The notes under the pieces were generated by a model. The model worked only from the letters and a program-made list of their open reading frames with translations. It did not search any database and had not been told where the DNA came from. This document shows, piece by piece, positions 1 to 7,039 of a stretch of 64,000 bases of DNA; the stretch's first letter is position 1, and the number at the start of each line of letters is the position of its first letter. The stretch is from Clostridia bacterium (GTDB taxonomy: Bacteria > Bacillota > Clostridia > Oscillospirales > CAG-272). A program made the translations under genes and the position numbers. The stretch lies in NCBI GenBank assembly GCA_017621655.1, contig JAGASS010000029.1:6477-70476 (forward strand), written 5' to 3'.

Positions 1-75
1 CTTCGTCCAATGATGAAAACTGATCATTACCGCAAAGAGGACATAGCAGTGTGACTTTACGATCTAAATTTTTCA
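1..75 (-). CDS. Hypothetical protein, first 25 codons only (gene runs off the window start)
   Basis: Manual minus-strand translation: ATG at 75 preceded by GAGGTG. Sequence is MKNLDRKVTLLCPLCGNDQFSSLDE with a CxxC pair. Absent from the ORF track because there is no stop in the window. Confidence 0.3.
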
Positions 76-90
76 TTAAAACACCTCATT

Positions 91-225
91 TCAGCCGTTC
101 ACACAGCGGCAGGATTTCTTCCAGTTTGGCAACGATGCGGCGCCAAGTCGCTTCAAACGTGTATGCACCTTAGTTTCTGTAAGAATAAGATGCTTCAAGA
201 GTGCATCCACTGTAATATTACTCAT
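91..225 (-). CDS. Possible 44-aa small protein coupled to the upstream HTH gene
   Basis: Manual translation MSNITVDALLKHLILTETKVHTRLKRLGAASLPNWKKSCRCVNG. Its ATG (225-223) overlaps the TGA (224-222) of the HTH gene as ATGA. No family recognised. Confidence 0.2.
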   Translation of the reverse strand: MSNITVDALLKHLILTETKVHTRLKRLGAASLPNWKKSCRCVNG

Positions 226-434
226 TTTTCTTTCTCCGGGGTAAACTCTAAAATGTCATCAACGCCACATTGTAGAGTTTTGCAAATTTTCTCAATACTA
301 TCGAGAGAGATATAATTGTCACGCTTGATTCGGGTAATGATATTTGCACTAAAGCCTGCCTGTTCCATTAGTTCGGCATTCGTCATGCCCTTGTCGATCA
401 GTAAGTGAAATAATTTCTTATAGGTTACGGCCAT
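222..434 (-). CDS. Small XRE/Cro-type helix-turn-helix regulator (about 70 aa)
   Basis: ORF 222..491. Preferred start is MAVTYKK at 434, with AGGAGG about 7 nt upstream. HTH core is TNAELMEQAGFSANIITRIKRD. Paralogue of 5332..5553 and 46174..46374. Confidence 0.8.
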   Translation of the reverse strand: MAVTYKKLFHLLIDKGMTNAELMEQAGFSANIITRIKRDNYISLDSIEKICKTLQCGVDDILEFTPEKEK

Positions 435-621
435 GGCAATCCACCTCCTAACATTTTTAATTATTATATCACGAAATCGTGAATAATTCAATTCGTTGGA
501 TTGAAATTACACAACGACAAATTCCTACGCAACTTACGTTGAAGTGGTGGAACGCAACTTCGATAAAAGTCGTGTCGAATTTCTATAAACCAAACTCAAT
601 ATAATTCCACTTCGATATAAG

Positions 622-660
622 TAAAAAATCCGCCGAGCAGATAGTTGCTGCTCGACGGAT
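622..660 (-). terminator. Intrinsic terminator after the methyltransferase gene
   Basis: Minus strand ATCCGTCGAGCAGC-loop-CTGCTCGGCGGAT followed by TTTTT. Confidence 0.65.
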
Positions 661-674
661 TATAATTGAGTTCT

Positions 675-2303
675 TTATTCGCTTTGATTCTTTCGAGTCA
701 TTCTTCTACCACACATCTTTTTCCAAATACTATGCAGCAGTTCGATTTCATGCTCTGTTAAGTTTAAACCCTTGCGAAGCAAAATGGAGTCTGTATATTC
801 CAAAACCTTATCGATCTCGCCTTGGCGTTGCCAAGCATCAATCTTTTGAAGATCTAATTGGTCTGCCATTTGCATAGGAATGCGAATTTTTCGCATTTCT
901 CCTGGCTCAAAGGTGAGGACTCCTCCGCCATAACTTCTGCCAAGCGTTTCACTAAGAGCGAACGTATAAGTGTTCAAAAAGGCCGCTGCAACTTGTTTTC
1001 CATCAATGCCCTCTAAGAATCTTACCTTGTGAAGAGTATCAGTAACGAGTGCTTTTTTCTCGTTTAAAATCATCCTTGGATACAAATGCGCCTGACGAAT
1101 TAGAAAAGCATCGGCACACCAAGTCTGTGAAACATGATACCATCTTGGTCTTATACGGCATTTATAATTTTTGTTGAAGCCCTTTCCTTCGCCCCACTGA
1201 ATATATGCCTTCTGTTCATCAGTCAAGGCATCAAATTCCTCGTTTCCGGGAGCAAAGAAAAACACCTTTTTACCTAACTCAATCAGATTGTTGTAATCCT
1301 CATTTGTTAATTGCACACCTTTTAACTGCTCGGAACGGCTAATGATAGGGATAACACTCTGTTGAAGATTGAATTCTTCTACCGTTGCCTGGTTCATGAC
1401 AAAAAAGTCATTCTCGCCACTTACAAGGCCAACATTTACTTCAAACAAATCGGTTGAATTAGTAATCCTCGGATCACTATTAAGCCGTTTCAGCAAGTCC
1501 AGTTCTTCGTTGGATAAATAGTATTTTACCCATTTGTCACGGCTATGATCGAGTTCCTTTAGCTCGGTATTCTCTAAACATGTTTGGCCCTGTGCAATCA
1601 AATCTGCCATGTCATCCAATTCTACAACACGAATACCATGCTTATCACAGCCTCTTTCACCCAGCAGAAGAATAACTTCCTGCTGTATGTCATCAAATAC
1701 CAGTCGTTTAAATGTAACAAGTGTTAGCTTATCAAAAAACGTACTGAGAAACTGTCTTGCTTCAGCAGCGTAGTCAACTTGGAACAGTTCAGCGGGAATA
1801 ACCATCCCAACACGACCAGTTGGCTTTAATGCCTTACAAGAAAGCACTAAAAATGGGAGCCAAATGTTCGTTAGGCGATTGGGTTGAAACCCATGTTTGT
1901 TCATCAAAGCAAATGCGATTTTACGATATTCCTCTGTAAAGTGCTGATAGCGAATGAAAGGTGGATTCCCAACAATCACATCGAATTGAGTTTGATCTTC
2001 GATATTCTCTTGATAGTATGTGAAAAAGTCTTTACATACCACAGTTGTACCATATTGTGCCGACTTTTTAGCCTCAACATCATCCAATTCAATTCCAAGT
2101 ACGTTGTTCCGAATTTGCTCATCCGTAGCTCCCAACTCTTTATAACGAGTGGTTATGGCACTCAAAAAACTACCATCACCGCAGCTTGGCTCTAAAACAG
2201 AATCGGATGTTTTACGGATGGCCCATTCTGCAATAAATTCAGAAATTTTGTCGGGGGTATAGTATCCGCCTCTTAATTTGTTATATCCTTCAATCGGTTT
2301 CAT
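675..2303 (-). CDS. N6-adenine DNA methyltransferase, Eco57I-M-like (gamma class)
   Basis: 542 aa. Motif I is EPSCGDGSF, followed by motif IV GNPPFIRYQ. The start overlaps the stop of the upstream RM gene (ATGA at 2300-2303). Confidence 0.85.
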   Translation of the reverse strand: MKPIEGYNKLRGGYYTPDKISEFIAEWAIRKTSDSVLEPSCGDGSFLSAITTRYKELGATDEQIRNNVLGIELDDVEAKKSAQYGTTVVCKDFFTYYQENIEDQTQFDVIVGNPPFIRYQHFTEEYRKIAFALMNKHGFQPNRLTNIWLPFLVLSCKALKPTGRVGMVIPAELFQVDYAAEARQFLSTFFDKLTLVTFKRLVFDDIQQEVILLLGERGCDKHGIRVVELDDMADLIAQGQTCLENTELKELDHSRDKWVKYYLSNEELDLLKRLNSDPRITNSTDLFEVNVGLVSGENDFFVMNQATVEEFNLQQSVIPIISRSEQLKGVQLTNEDYNNLIELGKKVFFFAPGNEEFDALTDEQKAYIQWGEGKGFNKNYKCRIRPRWYHVSQTWCADAFLIRQAHLYPRMILNEKKALVTDTLHKVRFLEGIDGKQVAAAFLNTYTFALSETLGRSYGGGVLTFEPGEMRKIRIPMQMADQLDLQKIDAWQRQGEIDKVLEYTDSILLRKGLNLTEHEIELLHSIWKKMCGRRMTRKNQSE

Positions 2304-5300
2304 ACCTGTTCCTCGACTTCCTGAGATTCTACCTGATAAAGCTCATCGATTACGCTATTTAGTTCAGCGTTGATTGCTGTGATGGAGTGTTCCAAAACTG
2401 TACGACGAGTGGCGTTAGGCGCAGAAGCTAATTGCTCTTTTAACTGCATGATGTTTTGCACCATCTCAACAATCTGCTGATGCTTGGCAACTTCAGTAGG
2501 ATTTTCAAAATCAATCTTGTAAATAGGCAGGGTAGCAATAAACTGCTTTCCATGAGAATAGTAATCTCCCCTAAAGGTGCTTGCTCTACTTTTTACAAGG
2601 AGTTCCATTAGCCAATGGTTCAAAATTGCCTGGATATAGAAAATGGATTCCTGAGAAGTAGCTTTCTTTTCTATACCATAGAAAGGACCATTTCCTCCAC
2701 CTGTAAAGACAACCATGTCATTATCATAGACATAATTTGAGCTTGTAGAAAGCACAGGCCAAACGAGATGTTCTCCTGTAAGGAAACGTCTTAAAGATTG
2801 ACTGCGTCCGAACGCAAACCAATTTTCAGTCGTGCGTCCAGGCATATTGCGTTCATCCAGCTTATCTTTGAAGCGATTCAAATATGCTAACGCATGAGGG
2901 AAATCCTCTGTCATTTCTGTCAAACTATATAGAACCGGTCTTCCGTTTACCGCCTTGTACGGGAATATGATGTAGCTATTTGCTTCAATTTTCTCGTAAC
3001 TGACAAGTTGTGTGTCATATATACTTTTACGCAGAATTCCTTTCTCTATCTGGAACTCACGCCCCTGTCTATCGTGCGAGTAAATGAAATTCTCGTCTTC
3101 ACGATCAGCGTGAATGATATAGATTTGGTCAGCACTTGTTTGAACACCAACAAAAATGTCGACCAAAGTGGAAAGGGAAACGCAAGATTGCGAAATCTCT
3201 TCCAAATGTGCAACGATATTTTGCGGCAAGAACGACCACGGCTGACTACTAATGTAAGCAGCCGGATAGGTCAAGCATTCTGTATCATGATTGAACAAGA
3301 ACCGATTCCAATCCTGAACAAAGCCAATTTGGAATTCTTCATAGCCTTGCTTAGATAATACCAAAATGCAGGTATAAGTGCTTCTGTTTTCAAAAACTTG
3401 ATGAGTTCCGAAATGCAGAATTTTCTTAACGTTGGAATTGGAAGAAAGCAATTCTCTCAATTTAGCGCCTGACTTGATATTCATAAACTTGTGCGGGACG
3501 ATATAACCCAGCATTCCGCCATCGTTTAACAGTGCAAGTCCTTTTTCAATAAACAGATAATACTTATCGAGTGTATCAGTTTGTGCGGTTACATAGGGAG
3601 AATGGCTGCTCTTATAAAAATCATACTCTTCTCGGGAATAGTGCACCATATTCTGCACACGAATATAGGGCGGATTACCGATAATTGCATCAAACTTTTG
3701 GTTGCCAAACTCAGCATTCCAATCGAACATCTTTAACTTGTTCATCAAGGAAATATTCTGGTAAACAGATCGATCAAAACGTGCATAAGCCATATTCACA
3801 AGGCTGTTACCATTTTTGATGTTCTCGTCCAAATTAGGAAGGATACGTTGATTAGTACGCTGATGAAAAGCTTCTGCCTCCTCTAAGGACGAATTTTCCA
3901 ACGCCTTTAGCAGCAAGCTAAACTTTGATACTTCTACAGCCAGAGGGTCAATATCAACGCCGAAGATGTTATTTTTCAAAATGGAGCGTTTTTTCTCGTA
4001 AGAAAGTATATAATTAGTACTGCCAGCCAGTTGATAAATATCGCCTCTTCGCTCAGCATTTTCTCTATCATGGTTTCGATAATACTCAATATGATAGTTT
4101 ACAATGTATTCAAATGCCGACAGCAAGAAGTTGCCAGACCCGCAGCAAATATCTGCAATGCGATACTGAGCTACTTCTTCGGGAGTTTTATTTTCGTACA
4201 GAGGACGGAGCGTTTCTTCGATAATAATATCGGTGATGTTTTTGGGGGTGTTGACTGCACCCTGGGAGTCAACCACTTCAGGCTTTTCTTGCGTCTCAAT
4301 ATGTCCATCTTCTCGAATTACAAGAGCCTCATCCAAGAACAGTTCATAAATCTGACCAATAATATACGGATCAATTACACCAAACTCATAGGAGTTATTG
4401 GGGTAGTACAGGCTTTGGAATATCTCAATGATAACCGCATCAGACACAGTAAGGCGATCTTCTTCTAAGAGTTCAAATAATCCAGAATCATACTTCTGAT
4501 CTGCCGCAGCGAACATTGTCCTTAGATCTTGGTATGTCGTAATAGCCTTCAGCGACTCATAATTCTCGAAACATCTATCCTCACAAATACGAAGGAAAAT
4601 TGTTCTATTAAGCACTCGTTGAACAAAAATATTGAGTGTTTCTACATCAACATTTGGATTGTTGCGCAGAATATCCTCGCCAAGCATCATTCGCCATGCT
4701 CTAATCTGATCCAAGAAATACTGATCGAACGGTTCACGACGAAGAGCTCCCTGAATGTTACCGAAATGGCGCTCAAACTGTCCGGTCAAGACTGCTTCTT
4801 TGGACAGCATGTTGTAAATTTCCTCAAAACGTTCCACGTACTCGTCGAAGTGGTAGTGAGCAATCATTGCGACACCAATGTCATCGCCTTCTCTCGGACG
4901 AACAGAACAATCATAGATATATAGATCGGTGAAATTGGTCAACACTGAGACTTTTAAGTTTCCGCTCCATCCATATCTGCGCAGCTGGAATGCCGGAGCT
5001 GCATCGATAGTAAGGTTTACCGCAGGTTTCTTTGTCTCAAGAAAATACAGGACTTCCGTACCTACCTTGAAAGAATAATCTGGTTTTTTGCTGCGATGGA
5101 TGCCATCTTCCTCTACAACTACGGTAGCCTCATGGGTAACTTCACGCAGGTGTTGTGGCAATCCACGTTCGTTATCTACATCCCATCCAAGGAGTTTGAA
5201 GAAGCGGTTTACAAAATCAACACGGACTTGAGTCTCGTTATAGGTTGCTCTCTGGAATTGCGGATAGTTATTACTGTAAGTCTGAACAAGTTCGGCAACT

Positions 5301-5335
5301 TGTTCGGTTAGTGTAGCCAGCATCTCTGGTGTCAT
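2300..5335 (-). CDS. Type IIG bifunctional restriction endonuclease / N6-adenine methyltransferase (Eco57I-R-like)
   Basis: 1011 aa. N-terminal PD-(D/E)xK-like segment KPDYSF...LYFLETKKP. Motif I is DICCGSGNF and motif IV is GNPPYIRVQ. The long C-terminal region is the presumed target-recognition domain. Confidence 0.85.
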   Translation of the reverse strand: MTPEMLATLTEQVAELVQTYSNNYPQFQRATYNETQVRVDFVNRFFKLLGWDVDNERGLPQHLREVTHEATVVVEEDGIHRSKKPDYSFKVGTEVLYFLETKKPAVNLTIDAAPAFQLRRYGWSGNLKVSVLTNFTDLYIYDCSVRPREGDDIGVAMIAHYHFDEYVERFEEIYNMLSKEAVLTGQFERHFGNIQGALRREPFDQYFLDQIRAWRMMLGEDILRNNPNVDVETLNIFVQRVLNRTIFLRICEDRCFENYESLKAITTYQDLRTMFAAADQKYDSGLFELLEEDRLTVSDAVIIEIFQSLYYPNNSYEFGVIDPYIIGQIYELFLDEALVIREDGHIETQEKPEVVDSQGAVNTPKNITDIIIEETLRPLYENKTPEEVAQYRIADICCGSGNFLLSAFEYIVNYHIEYYRNHDRENAERRGDIYQLAGSTNYILSYEKKRSILKNNIFGVDIDPLAVEVSKFSLLLKALENSSLEEAEAFHQRTNQRILPNLDENIKNGNSLVNMAYARFDRSVYQNISLMNKLKMFDWNAEFGNQKFDAIIGNPPYIRVQNMVHYSREEYDFYKSSHSPYVTAQTDTLDKYYLFIEKGLALLNDGGMLGYIVPHKFMNIKSGAKLRELLSSNSNVKKILHFGTHQVFENRSTYTCILVLSKQGYEEFQIGFVQDWNRFLFNHDTECLTYPAAYISSQPWSFLPQNIVAHLEEISQSCVSLSTLVDIFVGVQTSADQIYIIHADREDENFIYSHDRQGREFQIEKGILRKSIYDTQLVSYEKIEANSYIIFPYKAVNGRPVLYSLTEMTEDFPHALAYLNRFKDKLDERNMPGRTTENWFAFGRSQSLRRFLTGEHLVWPVLSTSSNYVYDNDMVVFTGGGNGPFYGIEKKATSQESIFYIQAILNHWLMELLVKSRASTFRGDYYSHGKQFIATLPIYKIDFENPTEVAKHQQIVEMVQNIMQLKEQLASAPNATRRTVLEHSITAINAELNSVIDELYQVESQEVEEQV

Positions 5336-5553
5336 TCCTGCAATCCCTCACTTTCTGGTAAGAAGTCCATAATATCGCCAACGTTACAGTTAAGAGTGGC
5401 GCAAATCTTCATAAGGCTTTCCATGGATACAAATTCGTTCTTTCCCATCTTGGCAAGCACATTAAAACTAATCCCGGATGAATCCTTGAGTTCCGTGCGA
5501 TTCATCTTTTTATCAATAAGAAGCTTCCAGAGCTTATCATAACTAACTGACAT
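5332..5553 (-). CDS. Small XRE-type HTH regulator, candidate controller (C) protein of the RM operon
   Basis: ORF 5332..5616. Preferred start is MSVSYDK at 5553, with GGAGAGGTG upstream. The stop overlaps the RM start (ATGA at 5332-5335). Paralogous to 222..434. Confidence 0.75.
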   Translation of the reverse strand: MSVSYDKLWKLLIDKKMNRTELKDSSGISFNVLAKMGKNEFVSMESLMKICATLNCNVGDIMDFLPESEGLQE

Positions 5554-5587
5554 AGCACCTCTCCGTTCATGGTTATAGTTAAAATTT

Positions 5588-5616
5588 ATTATAACACAGT
5601 TTCTTCTGTTTTTCAA
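5588..5616 (-). promoter_or_regulatory. Sigma-A type promoter of the HTH-RM-M operon
   Basis: Minus strand TTGAAA (5616-5611), 17-nt spacer, TATAAT (5593-5588). The inverted repeat GTTATA(5572-5577)/TATAAC(5590-5595) overlaps the -10. Confidence 0.6.
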
Positions 5617-5678
5617 GATATTCTCCCGAAATCATGAGTTTTTCGTTTGATATAATGAGGTGAATTTGCCTTACTGTA

Positions 5679-5711
5679 GAAAATAGCCCCCATCGATTGC
5701 ACCGATGGGGG
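5679..5711 (-). terminator. Intrinsic terminator after gene 5729..5992
   Basis: CCCCCATCG-7 nt-CGATGGGGG, followed on the minus strand by CTATTTTC. Confidence 0.7.
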
Positions 5712-5728
5712 TATGATTCAATATCTGG

Positions 5729-5992
5729 TTATTCTTTCATGACTTCCAACATCATTCTTGCGCCCAACTTAAAGCCATTCTGAAAGATCAAACAGTCTGT
5801 ATTGGTCTGATGTTCTCGCACACAATCGGTGTATTTCTCAAACAGTTCTTTCTGCTCGTCCGTCATAGTGGCTTTGAGCTTTTCTTCATTCCTGCAAATC
5901 AGTTCCAGTAGCTTCTTGTATTCTTTGCAAGAGGATGTGTCATACTCGGTTGGTTCAATGTTGCCGTACCAAAATTCTTCAAGGATTCTCAT
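5729..5992 (-). CDS. Small conserved hypothetical protein of Firmicutes mobile elements
   Basis: 87 aa, MRILEEFWYGNIEPTEY.... GAGGAGGA RBS. The start overlaps the tnpV stop by 4 nt. I recall this N-terminal motif from conjugative/mobilisable element cargo regions; no function is known to me. Confidence 0.6.
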   Translation of the reverse strand: MRILEEFWYGNIEPTEYDTSSCKEYKKLLELICRNEEKLKATMTDEQKELFEKYTDCVREHQTNTDCLIFQNGFKLGARMMLEVMKE

Positions 5993-6354
5993 ACCGCATC
6001 CTCCTCGTAGATCATCTCACACAGAACAATTTCTTCGGCTCGGTTGTGGATACTGTTCATGACTCCAACCCATGCCATCTGATCGTGCTGCTTCATTTGC
6101 TCTGTCACGCCCTCAGATTCCTTCATCTGCTCGATGATAAGTTCAAGGCGGCTCTGTGCCTGCTCATTCAAATCAGCCAGATATGTCCACAGTTCGCCGC
6201 TAAGACACAGATCATTGAAGCGGATAGGGTTGTGTTCCTTGATGTAGTCTCTGTGCATACGCCCCCACCGACCAATAGGTCTATTTTCCTCCGGTAAACG
6301 AATATCGGGAATATAGTAATCACCACAACGGATATAGTTCAGTTCCTGCATCAT
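5989..6354 (-). CDS. tnpV: TnpV-family transposon-encoded protein
   Basis: 121 aa. YIPDIRLPEENRPIGRWGRMHRDYIKEH...WVGVMNSIHNRAEEIVLCEMIY matches the TnpV family of Tn4451-like clostridial elements as I recall it. GGAGGT RBS. Confidence 0.75.
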   Translation of the reverse strand: MMQELNYIRCGDYYIPDIRLPEENRPIGRWGRMHRDYIKEHNPIRFNDLCLSGELWTYLADLNEQAQSRLELIIEQMKESEGVTEQMKQHDQMAWVGVMNSIHNRAEEIVLCEMIYEEDAV

Positions 6355-6394
6355 ATGTACCTCCAGTAAGACTCAAACATTCTGTTAAAGATAG

Positions 6395-6440
6395 AAAAAG
6401 GCGATACCTGGTTGTGAAAACCAAGTATCGCCAATTTTTC
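6395..6440. terminator. Bidirectional hairpin terminator at the edge of the element
   Basis: GGCGATAC(6400-6407)...GTATCGCC(6425-6432), flanked by an A-run upstream and AATTTTT downstream. Confidence 0.55.
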
Positions 6441-6573
6441 TTGTCGCACTCCTGTACGGCAGCTACCCTACGCCAGTAATGTTCTCATACTGTCTTATTG
6501 GAAACTACCTTGACGGGTCTTTTTTTATGTTCGTGATACGATTTTGCCAAAACCAATTGTGAATCGTTTTCGT

Positions 6574-6596
6574 GGGGGCGATGTCCTCGACACCCC
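6574..6596 (+). repeat. Hairpin module C (GGGGCG-AYGTCCTCGA-CRCCCC)
   Basis: Same loop CGTCCTCGAC as 62124..62146. Present in inverted form at 46888..46909 with a different but still complementary stem. Confidence 0.6.
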
Positions 6597-6606
6597 AACA
6601 CCCGAA

Positions 6607-6749
6607 CACCTCATCCGTCAAGTGCCCGAGATCCTTCGCTGCGCCGCCCGCGCTGTCATTCTTGAGGGAGCGAAGCGACCGAAGAATCCCGCGGGCGAGC
6701 TTGCTCGAGGATGACAACGGGCACTTGACACCTTCCCCTCAGGGGAAGG
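6607..6749 (-). repeat. Hairpin module D, long variant
   Basis: CACCTCATCCGTC + long stem GTCAAGTGCCCG...CGGGCACTTGAC + CCTTCCCCTCAGGGGAAGG. Same architecture as 47123..47166 and, in reverse, 63454..63500. Confidence 0.65.
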
Positions 6750-6802
6750 CGAGACGACGTTCCGATATTTCGTCACGTTTTCGTAGGACGGGGGTTTCCC
6801 CT

Positions 6803-6925
6803 CCCGCATAAAAACGATGTTCTTTTTTTACAACGGGTCGTCGAGGCGCCGACCCCTACCGAGAAGCGTCCAAAATTTGCGCGGTAGGGGCTGGCGCCCA
6901 CGACAGCCCGCATAAAAACGATGTT
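6803..6925 (+). repeat. 19-nt perfect direct repeat pair flanking two GC-rich hairpins
   Basis: CCCGCATAAAAACGATGTT occurs at 6803-6821 and 6907-6925. Between them lie GGGTCG...CGACCC and CCCCTACCG...CGGTAGGGG. Confidence 0.7.
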
Positions 6926-6951
6926 ACATGGGTTAGCCGAAAATCTTATAC

Positions 6952-6997
6952 AAGCAGAAAAGAGAGAACAAAACGGTTTGATCCGTATGTTCTCTCT
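6952..6997 (-). terminator. Intrinsic terminator of the P-type ATPase gene
   Basis: Minus strand AGAGAGAAC-loop-GTTCTCTCT followed by TTTCTGC. Confidence 0.7.
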
Positions 6998-7039
6998 TTT
7001 TTAGTTAATGATGCTTTTGCTGTCGCAAAAGCGGAGTTA

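Larger units (their letters stand above)
1..6450. mobile_element. One arm of an integrated, AT-richer mobile element carrying TnpV and a restriction-modification cargo; the other end lies outside the window
   Basis: TnpV-family gene 5989..6354 and a small element-type gene sit next to an RM cassette, all on the minus strand. Spot counts of single 60-nt lines give about 37-45% G+C here versus about 55% right of 7 kb. The exact junction is not identifiable (somewhere in 6450-6950). Confidence 0.5.

Noticed and set aside
6505-6811. Small ORFs in the hairpin mosaics (6505..6717, 6572..6811, 6618..6809, 10777..11043, 46765..46974, 61881..62168, 63439..63627, 63502..63978)
   Set aside because: They lie entirely within GC-rich palindromic repeat modules, overlap each other on both strands, and lack RBSs. 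Their peptide similarity (PSPEGEGG and the like) simply mirrors the hairpin sequences.
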